64,000 nt of DNA from Desulfatiglandales bacterium (GCA_963666345.1 OY762721.1:3424001-3488000), one strand, 5' to 3'. Positions 10,951 through 21,408 are shown, counted from the stretch's first letter. Made by a program: numbers and translations. Notes: generated by a model not told the origin, from the sequence alone.

Positions 10951-11628
10951 ATGGCAAAGCTGGGAATTGAGCACGAGAACCTGGATTACAAGGCCTACCA
11001 GGTCATAAAGGAAATGATTATCAATAGAAAACTCCTGCCCGGCCGGAAAATTCCTCAGGAAAAACTTGCTTCCGACCTCGGCATAAGCCGTACCCCTCTT
11101 GTAAATGCCTTGAAGTATCTTGAACATGAAAAACTTATAAAATCCATGCCCCGCAGAGGCTATTTCGTCCGCCTATTCGGCTATGAGGAAATGATATCCA
11201 TATTCGAGTTGCGTGAAATTCTTGAAGGTCTCGCAGCTCGAAGGGCCTGTCATGAAATTACCGATGAGCAGAAAAAGAGACTTCAGTGCTTTTTCAAAAA
11301 GTTCAGGGGCGTTAAGGAAATTGGAGATTACAAGGCATATGCGGCGGAAGACAGGCTGTTTCATAATTTTGTGACAGACGTAGGGTCGAAGGAATTCCTG
11401 AAAAGTATTCTTGAGACCTGCAATATCGTCACCTTCAGTTATCAGCTTGATGCCACGGAAGGCCTGGTAAGGCCTCCCATCGACACCTTGGAGGAGCACC
11501 TCAGTATTATTGATGCGATTTCAAAAAGAGACGAACTGAAGGCCGAGGAATTAATGCGCCTTCATCTAAGAAAATCCCTTGAGGTGTTAAAGAGGGATTT
11601 TGAAGAAAAGGACATGGCTTATACCTAA
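10951..11628 (+). CDS. GntR family (FCD) transcriptional regulator
   Basis: LASDLGISRTPL wHTH; DRLFH and EEHLSI FCD motifs. Confidence 0.92.
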   Translation: MAKLGIEHENLDYKAYQVIKEMIINRKLLPGRKIPQEKLASDLGISRTPLVNALKYLEHEKLIKSMPRRGYFVRLFGYEEMISIFELREILEGLAARRACHEITDEQKKRLQCFFKKFRGVKEIGDYKAYAAEDRLFHNFVTDVGSKEFLKSILETCNIVTFSYQLDATEGLVRPPIDTLEEHLSIIDAISKRDELKAEELMRLHLRKSLEVLKRDFEEKDMAYT

Positions 11629-11764
11629 GTGCGGATATGAACAGGAGGCTGCTGATCCGTTTGAGTGCCTTTTTGCGCCTGGAATGCATATCTTGGATTT
11701 TTTTATAAGTTCGAGTTTTATAAAACGATTTGAATTAAGAAGAGATATGGAAAAGGGGAAGACC

Positions 11765-12580
11765 ATGGAAGACCTGATAATATGCGTCGCACCGGTAGCA
11801 GGGGAAAATCAGAGCGAGAAGTTTCAAGGGGAAATGGACGTGGTCCGTGAAGTCATTAGATCTTATGACTCGGGCGCTTCGATCGCGCATCTGCACGTGC
11901 GTGACGGCAGAGGAATTCAGACGGCGGATCCGACCTGTTTTACAGGACAGGTGCGGGGAATTCATTCTGCCTGTCGGATAATAATTGAGGGATCAACAGG
12001 GGGTACACCTGAACATTCCCTTGAACAACGCTGTGTTGCCATTACCGTGCCTGGTATTGAAATGGGGTCCTTGAATATGGGCTCGGTAAATATGGCAGGC
12101 GGTGTCTACCAGAACCCCTTCTCCGATATCCGCTATTATTCAGAGCAACTGATGAGAAAAGGAATAAAACCCTCCCTCTGCATATTCGATCTGTCCATGA
12201 TTAATAATGCCGGGATATTTCTCGATATGGGTTTTTTGGAACAACCTCTGATCTACAATTTCGTCTTGGACGTGCCTGAGGCATTGCCCTATTCAAGGGA
12301 TGTAATTGAGTTTTTTACCGGCCGGATTAAAGAAGACAGTGTTTGGTTCCTTACCAGACATCATGCAAAAGGTGCTCTAGGCTTTATGGATGCCCTGGAG
12401 TTGGGAGGGCATGTCAGGGTGGGTTATGAGGACGGTCCTTTTCTTTCAAACGGAGACAGGGCCAAATCAAATGCGAAATTGGTGGATGAAATCGTCAGAG
12501 CGGCTCAAGAGGTGGGACGCAAGGTTGTCGATCCTGATCGGGCGAGAGAGATTCTGGGTATTCCAGGTTTAAAAGGATGA
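11765..12580 (+). CDS. BKACE (beta-keto acid cleavage, Kce/DUF849) family enzyme
   Basis: AHLHVRD, GSTGG, SLNMGS, GHVRVGYED. Confidence 0.88.
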   Translation: MEDLIICVAPVAGENQSEKFQGEMDVVREVIRSYDSGASIAHLHVRDGRGIQTADPTCFTGQVRGIHSACRIIIEGSTGGTPEHSLEQRCVAITVPGIEMGSLNMGSVNMAGGVYQNPFSDIRYYSEQLMRKGIKPSLCIFDLSMINNAGIFLDMGFLEQPLIYNFVLDVPEALPYSRDVIEFFTGRIKEDSVWFLTRHHAKGALGFMDALELGGHVRVGYEDGPFLSNGDRAKSNAKLVDEIVRAAQEVGRKVVDPDRAREILGIPGLKG

Positions 12581-12858
12581 CCTTGCCGCTTTCAAGACAT
12601 GGAATGCTTTTGAGAAGGATGAAGGGGGGTGATAATTCTCCTGGGCCTCGGGCTTAAAGTTCAATGCCGTAGATGATAAAGGTCCATGCGTTGGGGGTCC
12701 GTCGTTCGGATTCCTGAGGAATCGGCTCGCCATGTTGCTTGTCAGTGATTGCTTTCGGTTTAGTTGCGATAGTCGGAAAATTTTTAAAGATGATTTTGCG
12801 GCAAGATAACCTGGTATGCCTTTTAGGCTAACACCAATATATGCAGGAGGAATTGGCA

Positions 12859-13863
12859 ATGAAGAAGGTAATGGTGATGACTCTGGCTTTGATATTGACG
12901 GTATTTACCTGTGCTTATGCGGGTAAGGCTTATCCAAAAAGAAACATAACCTGTGCCGTGGTCTGGGGTGCCGGTGGCGGGACCGATACCTGCAACAGGA
13001 TCATCCATGCGGAGATGTCCAAATTTCTTGGTGTTAATGTAAACGTTATCAACAAAACCGGCGGTGTTGCAGGTTCGGTGGGTATGAGCTATGCCTATTC
13101 AAGACCGCACGACGGATACACCCTCTGCGGACTGTCTGAATCGAATGTCACCGCCGGCGTGCAGGGCGGCTGGGACAAAAAATTTGACGTATGGGATACC
13201 TTCATCGTGGGCGGATCACCTGACATAATTTCGGTTACGCCTGATACCCCCTATAAGACCTTAAAAGACCTTGTCGAAAGCGCTAAAAAGAGTCCCAACA
13301 GTATCAAGGCCGCGGCAAGTGGTGCCGGCTCCATACACCATTTGAATCTGCTGGCGCTTGAAAAGGGATCAGGGGCGGACTTTAATTTTATTCCTTATAA
13401 GGGTTCCGCTCCAAGCCAGAATGCCGCTATGACGGGCGAGGTATCGGTGGTAGTAACCTCCCTGGCCGAACAACAGCAGTTGCTCCGTGGCGGGAAACTT
13501 CGTGCACTGGGCATGCTTATTCCTGATCCTTTCAGCGTAGAGGGACTGGGAACGATCCCTTCCTCCTTTGATTCTTATCCGGGATTATCGGAGTACCTGC
13601 CGATCTCACAGGCAATCGGATTTGCGGTTCCTGCCGACGCCCCCGAAGGGGCCAAGGCAGTGTTGGCTGCCGCCTTTAAAAAGGCAATCGCCACGGATAA
13701 GGTTAAAAAATGGGCCAAAGACAATTATTACCTGCTCTCCGGAAAAACCGGGACAGAGTCAAAGGCCGTGTTTAATGCGCTTGAATCAAATTTTGCATGG
13801 ACCCTTTGGGAACTGAAGGCCGCAAAGGTTAATCCTGCAGATCTTGGTATTCCTAAACCATGA
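12859..13863 (+). CDS. tctC: Tripartite tricarboxylate transporter binding protein (TctC/Bug)
   Basis: Signal peptide, WGAGGGTD, NKTGG, HDGYTL, IPYKGS. Confidence 0.92.
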   Translation: MKKVMVMTLALILTVFTCAYAGKAYPKRNITCAVVWGAGGGTDTCNRIIHAEMSKFLGVNVNVINKTGGVAGSVGMSYAYSRPHDGYTLCGLSESNVTAGVQGGWDKKFDVWDTFIVGGSPDIISVTPDTPYKTLKDLVESAKKSPNSIKAAASGAGSIHHLNLLALEKGSGADFNFIPYKGSAPSQNAAMTGEVSVVVTSLAEQQQLLRGGKLRALGMLIPDPFSVEGLGTIPSSFDSYPGLSEYLPISQAIGFAVPADAPEGAKAVLAAAFKKAIATDKVKKWAKDNYYLLSGKTGTESKAVFNALESNFAWTLWELKAAKVNPADLGIPKP

Positions 13864-13878
13864 GTAAAATGTAGTGAA

Positions 13879-13908
13879 AGGGCCGGTATCGACAGTGACG
13901 CCGGCCCT
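13879..13908 (+). terminator. Stem-loop after tctC
   Basis: AGGGCCGG...CCGGCCCT inverted repeat without a U-tract; probably a stabiliser or partial terminator. Confidence 0.5.
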
Positions 13909-13965
13909 CGCTGCGAGCAATGGTTGTGAAAACGTTTTGAATCTTACCTTTGAGGCGCTCTCACC

Positions 13966-14730
13966 ATGCTAGAGAAAGATAAACTGCGCAGGGCGGATAT
14001 ATTTTCAGGTGGCCTGATTTGCTGTTTCGGCCTGTGGGTCATAAGCCAGGCCCTTCAGATGCCTATGAAGGATTCCTGGGGCGGGGTTCAGAACGTTTGG
14101 TATGTCTCGCCCGCACTTTTTCCTCTGTTGGTAGGAACTGTGATAGCCCTGCTGGGAGGGTTGCTTATCCGAACCGCGCTCAAGACTGTGGGATTGGGAC
14201 AACTAAGGCAGGTCCTTAACTGGTTATGCAGCAATAAGTTGATCAAATTTATGTGGTCGGTGCCGATCTTCAGGTTTTATGCAACAGTGGTCCTGTTTTT
14301 CTCATTTGTATATCTGAATATACCTCGAATCGATTTTTTTCTGAGCAGCATCCTCTTCCTGGCGGCATTTATAAGCATGTTCTATTTTGATGACGATATC
14401 CTGCTGAAAAAGATGCTTTTTTTCTATTGCGGCGGAAGCCTCTTTTTTGTCGCATATTTTATCTCCGGTCTTGAAACGGTAATGGAGACTTTCCTTCCCT
14501 ATCCCAGTGACTGGATGGCCCTCGTCTTTATCGTTTTCTACTGCCTATACTGTCTCAGCCTTACGCGTGAAAACCCGGAACTGGGGAAAAAATACAGGAC
14601 CGCCCTTATATTGTCTCTGACAACCCCCTTTTTGATCTGTCCCATATTTAAATATTTTCTGATGGTACCCATGCCTAAAGAAGGCCTGGTCGTAGCGCTG
14701 TTGGACGCTGTCTGGTATTTGGAGTTCTAG
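13966..14730 (+). CDS. tctB: TctB-like membrane subunit (extended)
   Basis: SPALFP motif and C-terminal FLMVPMP; lies between tctC and tctA. Confidence 0.7.
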   Translation: MLEKDKLRRADIFSGGLICCFGLWVISQALQMPMKDSWGGVQNVWYVSPALFPLLVGTVIALLGGLLIRTALKTVGLGQLRQVLNWLCSNKLIKFMWSVPIFRFYATVVLFFSFVYLNIPRIDFFLSSILFLAAFISMFYFDDDILLKKMLFFYCGGSLFFVAYFISGLETVMETFLPYPSDWMALVFIVFYCLYCLSLTRENPELGKKYRTALILSLTTPFLICPIFKYFLMVPMPKEGLVVALLDAVWYLEF

Positions 14731-14757
14731 CATGAAAGATGGGGAGAACCTGCAGCC

Positions 14758-16305
14758 ATGATGCTTTTTGAACGTATCGCTTCTTTTTTCGAGATCGTTT
14801 TCCAGATCGCAGCCGATCCGATGAATATCGCCATTCTGTTCGGTTCGGTCCTGCTGGGAATAATATTCGGAGCAATGCCGGGGCTGACCTCGACCCTTGG
14901 AGTGGCCCTTTTGACGGCCTTGACCTACGGCATGGATACCTCAATGGCCATGGTGTGTTTGCTGGCTATCTATGTCGGAGGCACATATGGAGGCTCCTAT
15001 GCGTCCATCCTTATAAATATCCCGGGCACGGCTGCCGCCGCTGCAACCGCCCTGGACGGCTATCCGCTCGCATGCAAGGGAGAAGGGGGGCGGGCGATAG
15101 GGCTTACAACCACCGCCTCAGCCATAGGAACCTCGATCAGCATGCTCTTTGTGGTAAGTATTTCACCAATCATATCCCACTTTGCACTCCAGTTTACCTC
15201 TTTTGAGTTTTTCCTGCTTGCATTTTTCGGAATATTAATAAGCGGCACCCTTACAAGCCCTGACCTGGTAATAAAAGGATGGATCGCGGGTTTTCTGGGT
15301 CTGTTTCTGGCCTGCATAGGCAGGGATCAACTGCAGTTTTTCCCTCGTTTTACTTTTGGATATTCCGAGCTTGAAAGCGGCATTGAGGTAGTCCCCGTGC
15401 TCATAGGGGCCTTCGGGATTCCGCAGATTATCCAGGTTCTAAAGGACAAATTCAAGATAGGTGAGACCCAGAAACTGCAGCGTATAATGCCTGAACTGGG
15501 TACGATTTTCAGGAATATACCCGCAATAATAAGATCGGCCTTGATCGGTGTCGGCATAGGCGCTGTCCCAGGGATAGGAGAAGACATCGCGGGATGGGTA
15601 TCATACGGGACAGCGAAAAACACATCAAAACATCCGGAGACTTTCGGCAGGGGAGAAATTAAAGGGGTTCTAGCCAGTGAAACCGCCAACAACGCCTGTG
15701 TAGGCGGTGCCCAGATTCCCCTTCTGAATCTGGGAATACCGGGCAGTCCACCGGCGGCGATGCTCCTGGGCGCGCTTATGCTTCACGGGGTTACACCAGG
15801 CCCCATGATTACCTTCGAACATCCTACATTTATCCTTGAGGTGGCCGCGATACTGCTGCTTGCCTCCGTGGCAATGTGGATCACCGGCATGGTCCTGGCC
15901 AAACAGGTTGTCAAGGTCCTGCGAATTCCCACTCAGATATTTATGCCGATAATAGGGATGCTTTGCATTATCGGCTCTTATTCCCTGGGGCTCAATATAT
16001 TCAACCTTTATCTTATGCTGCCTGTGGGCATAATATGCTATTTTCTGACGGAGATGGGCTATCCTATCGCTCCCCTTGTAATCGGCGTTATCCTGGGGCC
16101 TATGGCGGATGAAAACCTGCGCAGGGCGCTTATGGTGTCTCAAGGCAGTTTCATGCCGGTATTTACAAGGCCTGTTTCATTACTGCTCTTCTTGGTTATT
16201 GTATGGACCGTCATAAGCCAGTTCGGTTTTTACAAGAGTTTCATAACCTGGATAAAAAAGAGGGTCTTTAATAAAAAAACAGATAATCCTAAGGAAGGCT
16301 GTTGA
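14758..16305 (+). CDS. tctA: Tripartite tricarboxylate transporter permease TctA
   Basis: GAMPGL, YGGSYASILINIPGT, DGYPL, ETANNA, LGIPGS. Confidence 0.95.
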   Translation: MMLFERIASFFEIVFQIAADPMNIAILFGSVLLGIIFGAMPGLTSTLGVALLTALTYGMDTSMAMVCLLAIYVGGTYGGSYASILINIPGTAAAAATALDGYPLACKGEGGRAIGLTTTASAIGTSISMLFVVSISPIISHFALQFTSFEFFLLAFFGILISGTLTSPDLVIKGWIAGFLGLFLACIGRDQLQFFPRFTFGYSELESGIEVVPVLIGAFGIPQIIQVLKDKFKIGETQKLQRIMPELGTIFRNIPAIIRSALIGVGIGAVPGIGEDIAGWVSYGTAKNTSKHPETFGRGEIKGVLASETANNACVGGAQIPLLNLGIPGSPPAAMLLGALMLHGVTPGPMITFEHPTFILEVAAILLLASVAMWITGMVLAKQVVKVLRIPTQIFMPIIGMLCIIGSYSLGLNIFNLYLMLPVGIICYFLTEMGYPIAPLVIGVILGPMADENLRRALMVSQGSFMPVFTRPVSLLLFLVIVWTVISQFGFYKSFITWIKKRVFNKKTDNPKEGC

Positions 16306-17171
16306 TGGGGGAAAAAAGGACCGGTTTTTCAATCGGGGTTTCTCCTGCCTATTTTATATCGAGGTACACGGACAGGTTCTCTTGGCAGGATGTCGCAGAA
16401 TGCCTTGCAGATATAGCTCGGCTCGGCTTTGACGGCTTTCAGCTTGAGATCTATCATAATGAAAACCTTGACAGATGGAGATCTAAGGGTGCCGTATACA
16501 TACGCAATCGTTCCACTGATCTGGGATTGACTGTTTCGCAGTTTGTGGCCCACTTTATGATCAAGGCATTTTCCAACCCTTATGAGCTTGCCTCAGATGA
16601 GATCTTTGAGCATATGAGATCGGTCGTCGAAATAGTTGAGCCTTTTGATGAATGCAGGGTCATTACGATTCCTTTGGGGCCCTTTGAGACTCCGGCAGGG
16701 GGATCAAATAATGAGGCCGGATTTTTTTTGGATCAGGTCGGCGAAAAGATACGGCGTCTGATTGAAATGGCGGAGGTTATCGAACGTAAAATTGCCTTGG
16801 AGATAATGCCTTCGGCGGTTATCGACGGCATGGAAGGATTCCATGTCCTTTGCGAGCGTCTCGGCACTGAGGGGCTCGGCCTTAATTTTGACACAGGGCA
16901 TACATGGGCATCCATGGAGAGTCTTTATGATGTCCCGTCAAGGCTCGGATCGCGCATTTTAGGGACACACCTGTGCGACAACTTCGGCAAAGAAAACCTG
17001 TCTCTTGGCCCGGGAAAGGGTTCGATTGACTGGCCCAGGCTGATATCGGAGCTTATTTCTGCAGGTTATCCAGGCTCCTTTGATGTTGAGATCATATGTG
17101 CAAAGGAAGATACGGAAAGGGAATATAAGGCAGCTCTGGGATTTATCCAATCCCTGCTGCAGGTAAATTGA
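16305..17171 (+). CDS. Sugar phosphate isomerase/epimerase (xylose-isomerase-like TIM barrel)
   Basis: ALEIMP, NFDTGH, THLCD, GKGSIDW, DVE metal ligands. Confidence 0.85.
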   Translation: MGEKRTGFSIGVSPAYFISRYTDRFSWQDVAECLADIARLGFDGFQLEIYHNENLDRWRSKGAVYIRNRSTDLGLTVSQFVAHFMIKAFSNPYELASDEIFEHMRSVVEIVEPFDECRVITIPLGPFETPAGGSNNEAGFFLDQVGEKIRRLIEMAEVIERKIALEIMPSAVIDGMEGFHVLCERLGTEGLGLNFDTGHTWASMESLYDVPSRLGSRILGTHLCDNFGKENLSLGPGKGSIDWPRLISELISAGYPGSFDVEIICAKEDTEREYKAALGFIQSLLQVN

Positions 17172-17204
17172 AAACAGTGTTATCCCTGAAGGGAGAGTGC
17201 AACC

Positions 17205-18170
17205 ATGTTGAATCTGGCGATAATAACAGGGTTTCTGTCGGCTACAAAGGATCGTTTTCATGAGTATAATGTGCCTTTGAGCCTTGAAGAGAAATTTCGG
17301 TTGATGACCCAAATAGACGGATACGACGGGGTGGAAATCGTTTATCCTTATGAAGTGATGAGTGTGGATAAGACCAGGGACCTGCTCGAAAAGTACAAAT
17401 TAAAGGTGGCCGCGATAAACGTAAATGTGAAGGCGGAGCCTGAATTTCGAAACGGAGGTTTGACCTCTCGGGACAGGTCTGTTAGGGAAAAGGCCGTGCG
17501 ATTTATCAAAGAGGCAAAGGATTTCGCTTCAGGTGTCGGTGCGGACAAGGTGACCTGCTGTCCTTTGGGTGACGGTTATGAGTTCGCATTTCAGTATGAC
17601 TATGCCAAGGCATGGAGACATCTGGCGAATGCATTCGGGGAAGCCGGGTCATATAAAAAAGAGATACCGCTTTTTATAGAATACAAACCCAGTGAAACGA
17701 GGGGCCACTGCTTCGTCGATACTGCCGCAAAGGCGATGTGCCTTTTAAATGACATCCAGTGCAGGGAAATGGGGGTAACCCTGGATTTCGGGCACTCGAC
17801 CTATGGAAATGAAAACCCCGCAGAGGCCCTGGCGCTCCTTGCGGAGAGTCCGTACCGTTACTATATCCATATAAACGACAACGACGGGAAATGGGATTGG
17901 GACTATTTCTGCGGCAGCAAGCATTTTCTGGAATATGTCGAGTTCCTCTATTATCTCAAGAGATATGAATACCGTGATTATCTCACTTCCGATACCTCTC
18001 CCACACGCTGGGACATACGAGGGGTGTTTGAAATAAACAGTCGCATCTCAAACAAGATCTGGAAGATGCTTGATAATATCGACAACGGAAAAATCGAAAA
18101 TCTGCTTAATGCTGAGGACTATCTCAAGATGTGGCGGTTTATCGAAGAAAATATATTTTCACTGGATTAG
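17205..18170 (+). CDS. Xylose-isomerase-like TIM barrel (EYKP subtype)
   Basis: IEYKPSETR, LDFGH, IHINDN, WDWD. Confidence 0.85.
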   Translation: MLNLAIITGFLSATKDRFHEYNVPLSLEEKFRLMTQIDGYDGVEIVYPYEVMSVDKTRDLLEKYKLKVAAINVNVKAEPEFRNGGLTSRDRSVREKAVRFIKEAKDFASGVGADKVTCCPLGDGYEFAFQYDYAKAWRHLANAFGEAGSYKKEIPLFIEYKPSETRGHCFVDTAAKAMCLLNDIQCREMGVTLDFGHSTYGNENPAEALALLAESPYRYYIHINDNDGKWDWDYFCGSKHFLEYVEFLYYLKRYEYRDYLTSDTSPTRWDIRGVFEINSRISNKIWKMLDNIDNGKIENLLNAEDYLKMWRFIEENIFSLD

Positions 18171-18178
18171 AGTGAAGT

Positions 18179-19027
18179 ATGGAAACTCAGATAGTAGTGA
18201 GCACGGCCGCCTTTGACGGTTATGATTATTCCGTTTCCTTAAGGGAGATATCGAGACTCGGAGTGAGCCTGGTAGAATTCGCTTTTATAGAAGGTTATAC
18301 CGATCCCTTTACAGATGACTATTTCATTGGGAAAAATGCAAGGGCGATATCCTCTCTTTTGGATGAAAACGGATTGACCTGCCTTGGCTTTTCGGCGCAT
18401 ATCGATCTTTCTCAGGAGGGCGCGGCAGACAGGTTTTCAAGACGCATGGATTTTGCGAAGTCCCTCGGAGCAAGGTTCATTATTTCAAATGCGGCACCGG
18501 CTGAAAGGGAAAGCCGGTTTATGACCAATATAGCTAAGCTCGCAAGACTTGCGGATTTGCTCGATATGGATATCGCGCTTGAAAACCCCGGTGACGGCAG
18601 AAGCAATATACTGGACAGGGGGGCGCAGGCAAAGAGAGTAATCGAAAAAATCGGTTCCGACAGGGTCAGGATAAATTACGATTTCGGAAATCTCATCTCC
18701 CATCTCTTCGAGAGGGTCAGGCCTGAAATCGATTACAAGGATGCCCTGCCGTATATCTCATACTTCCATATCAAGGATGTGGCATCCGATGAACAGGGAT
18801 GGTATTTTACGGAGATAGGCAAGGGTGAAATAGATTACAGGGCCGTACTCAATGAATTGAAATTGCTGCCTGAATGTCTTCCCGTCTCCCTGGAGATTCC
18901 CCTCAGAATCAGAAGGGGAAAGGATGCTCTTCCTTTGAGAAAGTCTTCTCCTGTTGAACTTGAAAGGATAATCGAGGTGCTTGAAAACTCGGTAAGATTT
19001 GTAAGGGATATCCTGGACATGACCTGA
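18179..19027 (+). CDS. Sugar phosphate isomerase/epimerase TIM barrel
   Basis: ALENPG, NYDFGN, FHIKD, GKGEIDY, SLE. Confidence 0.85.
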   Translation: METQIVVSTAAFDGYDYSVSLREISRLGVSLVEFAFIEGYTDPFTDDYFIGKNARAISSLLDENGLTCLGFSAHIDLSQEGAADRFSRRMDFAKSLGARFIISNAAPAERESRFMTNIAKLARLADLLDMDIALENPGDGRSNILDRGAQAKRVIEKIGSDRVRINYDFGNLISHLFERVRPEIDYKDALPYISYFHIKDVASDEQGWYFTEIGKGEIDYRAVLNELKLLPECLPVSLEIPLRIRRGKDALPLRKSSPVELERIIEVLENSVRFVRDILDMT

Positions 19028-19095
19028 TGAATGTGGGCGGAGGGCGGACTCCGCAATCCCGGGTTTTTTATTCAACCATATAGGAGAAAAATGAT

Positions 19096-19542
19096 ATGGA
19101 TAAGATAGCGCTGGGATGTGACCCTAATGCGGTTGGGCTCAAGGAGATCATAAAGGGTCATCTAAACGAGCTTGGATACGAGTGGGAGGATTACGGAAGC
19201 GATGATTCCATCTACGCAAATGTGGCGATCAGGGTGGCTGAGGCGGTTTCTGCGGGAAGGCACAGAAGAGGCATCCTTTTTTGCGGTACCGGAATAGGTA
19301 TGTCAATTGCCGCCAACAAGGTGCCGGGGGCCTATGCGGCCAACTGCTCTGACCCATACTCGGCGGAACGCTCGATAAAGAGCAACAATGCCAATATCCT
19401 GACCCTCGGGTCTCAGGTCCTGGGGCATGAAGTGGCAAAGTACCTTGTTACTATCTGGATGGAATCGGAGTATGTCCCGGGTGGAAGGTCGGAGCCTAAG
19501 ATACAGCGGATCCTTGAATACGCTGCTCAGCATGATAAATAA
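19096..19542 (+). CDS. rpiB: RpiB/LacA/LacB family isomerase (ribose-5-P isomerase B or DerI-like)
   Basis: CGTGIGMSIAANKVPG, SNNANILTLG. Confidence 0.85.
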   Translation: MDKIALGCDPNAVGLKEIIKGHLNELGYEWEDYGSDDSIYANVAIRVAEAVSAGRHRRGILFCGTGIGMSIAANKVPGAYAANCSDPYSAERSIKSNNANILTLGSQVLGHEVAKYLVTIWMESEYVPGGRSEPKIQRILEYAAQHDK

Positions 19543-19586
19543 AAGAGCACAAGGCAAACCCATTTTTCGAATCATGGAGGCGGAAG

Positions 19587-20594
19587 ATGAAGAAATTCAT
19601 TAATGATCCCTACGATGTTGTCGATGAGATGCTTGAAGGCTTTCTTGACGTTCACAAGGATTATGTAAGAAAGCTCGACACTGCCAGGGTCCTGGTAAGA
19701 AGGGACGCACCGGTGCGGGAAAAGGTCGGAATAGTATCGGGAGGAGGCTCAGGGCACAAGCCCGCCTTCATAGGATTTATAGGCGAAGGAATCCTTGATG
19801 CGGTTGCAGTAGGGGAGATCTTTACATCTCCTCCTCCGCTTGCATGCCTTGAGGCGGCCAAGGCGGTCGATTCCGGAAAGGGGGTGCTTTTTCTCCTGGG
19901 CAATTATGCAGGGGATGTGATGAATTTTCAGATGGCCTCTGATATGGCAAAGGCCGAAGGTATAGAAGTGGCCCAGGCCATATCCACCGATGATGTCGGC
20001 TCCATGCCCAGGGAGGAATCTTCCAAGAGAAGGGGGGTCGTGGGTTCTTTTCTCGGCTGGAAGGTTGCGGGTGCCAAGGCCGCTGCCGGGGGGACCCTCG
20101 AGGAATGTAAAAAGGCCGTTGAAAAGGTAAACGGCAATACTAGGACCCTTGGTGTGGCCCTTTCGCCATGCACGGTACCGGCCAAAGGTTCTCCCACCTT
20201 CACGCTCGCAGAAGATGAGATGGAATATGCTGTCGGTCATCATGGGGAACCGGGTACGGCCAAGATAAAGATGATGAGTGCCGATGCGATTACGGAGAGA
20301 ATGACGGGTGAAATTATCGATGATCTTCCTTTTAAAAAAGGCGATGAAGTCGCGGTGCTTATAAACGGGCTTGGCGGAACGCCTCATCTGGAGCTCTATA
20401 TCTGCTACAGAAGGGTGAGACGGATATTGAAAGAGATCGGGATAGACGTCGGGCTTTCATATGTGGGGGAGTTTTTTACAGGGCTTGAAATGGCCGGTTT
20501 TTCCGTTACACTCATGAGACTTGATGACGAACTCAAGGGGCTTCTCAAGGCCCCGGCCGACACACCATACTACAAGATACAGAGGGGCGGATGA
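19587..20594 (+). CDS. dhaK: Dihydroxyacetone/erythrulose kinase subunit K
   Basis: GGGSGH, GEIFTSP, NYAGDVMNF, HGEPG, NGLGGT. Confidence 0.92.
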   Translation: MKKFINDPYDVVDEMLEGFLDVHKDYVRKLDTARVLVRRDAPVREKVGIVSGGGSGHKPAFIGFIGEGILDAVAVGEIFTSPPPLACLEAAKAVDSGKGVLFLLGNYAGDVMNFQMASDMAKAEGIEVAQAISTDDVGSMPREESSKRRGVVGSFLGWKVAGAKAAAGGTLEECKKAVEKVNGNTRTLGVALSPCTVPAKGSPTFTLAEDEMEYAVGHHGEPGTAKIKMMSADAITERMTGEIIDDLPFKKGDEVAVLINGLGGTPHLELYICYRRVRRILKEIGIDVGLSYVGEFFTGLEMAGFSVTLMRLDDELKGLLKAPADTPYYKIQRGG

Positions 20595-20595
20595 A

Positions 20596-21234
20596 ATGGC
20601 GGAAACAATAAAACCGGATCAGGTCCACAGGGCCTTGGAAGATATCTGCGACGCAATCGAAGCACATAAGGAATACCTCTCGGAACTCGACGGCGCCATA
20701 GGTGACGGAGACCATGGGGTGAACATGGCCAAATGCTTCAGGGAGGTTAAGAAGAAATTGGCCGATACCGAGGCAACGGATATCGAAGCGCCTTTTAAGG
20801 CAGTGGGCATGGTTGTTCTAAATTCGGTGGGAGGGGCCATGGGCGCCCTTTACGGCACATTTTTTTTAAGGCTTGCCAAGGAGGCGGCCGGGCTCAAAGA
20901 GGCTTCGCTTTCAGACCTTGTCAGGATGTTTCAGGCAGCTGAAAAGGGAATACTTGAAATCGGAAAGGCCAAGCCGGGGGATAAGACCCTCCTTGATACC
21001 CTCGTACCTGCGGTGAGGGCGCTTGAGCATGCGGAAAAGGAAGGCAAAAAACTGAATGAGGCGTTTTCGATATTTGAGCAGGCAGCGGAAAAGGGGATGG
21101 AATCGACCAGGGAAATGATTGCAAAGATGGGCCGCGCAAGCCGTCTGGGTGAGCGGACCATCGGGCATCAGGATGCGGGCGCCACCTCCTGCTATCTCAT
21201 ACTTAGTGCCATGGCTAGAAGGCTGTATGAATAA
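20596..21234 (+). CDS. dhaL: Dihydroxyacetone/erythrulose kinase subunit L
   Basis: LDGAIGDGDHG, GDKTLLD, GRASRLGER, DAGATS. Confidence 0.92.
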   Translation: MAETIKPDQVHRALEDICDAIEAHKEYLSELDGAIGDGDHGVNMAKCFREVKKKLADTEATDIEAPFKAVGMVVLNSVGGAMGALYGTFFLRLAKEAAGLKEASLSDLVRMFQAAEKGILEIGKAKPGDKTLLDTLVPAVRALEHAEKEGKKLNEAFSIFEQAAEKGMESTREMIAKMGRASRLGERTIGHQDAGATSCYLILSAMARRLYE

Positions 21235-21266
21235 AGGCACGACAGAATTCAGGGTTTTATCTAGAA

Positions 21267-21408
21267 CCCATCCAGAAATGGATCATTTCTGGATGTTGTT
21301 TTCAGCCGACAGTTATCACCAAGCAGCCAATAAGTTGATCAAGTGTTTTACGGACTGCTGAAAGCTGATGGCTGATAGCGTGACTCCATAAATCTTGATT
21401 TATGGATG
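21267..21408. repeat. MITE-like dispersed repeat, copy 1 (about 140 bp)
   Basis: Colinear similarity to 25606-25745; ends CATCCAGAAAT / ATTTATGGATG are inverted. Confidence 0.75.

Noticed and set aside
19549..19586. GGCAAACC resembling a c-di-GMP-I riboswitch start
   Set aside because: Lacks the GAAA loop, GCAAAG and second stem; only a 44-bp gap inside an operon
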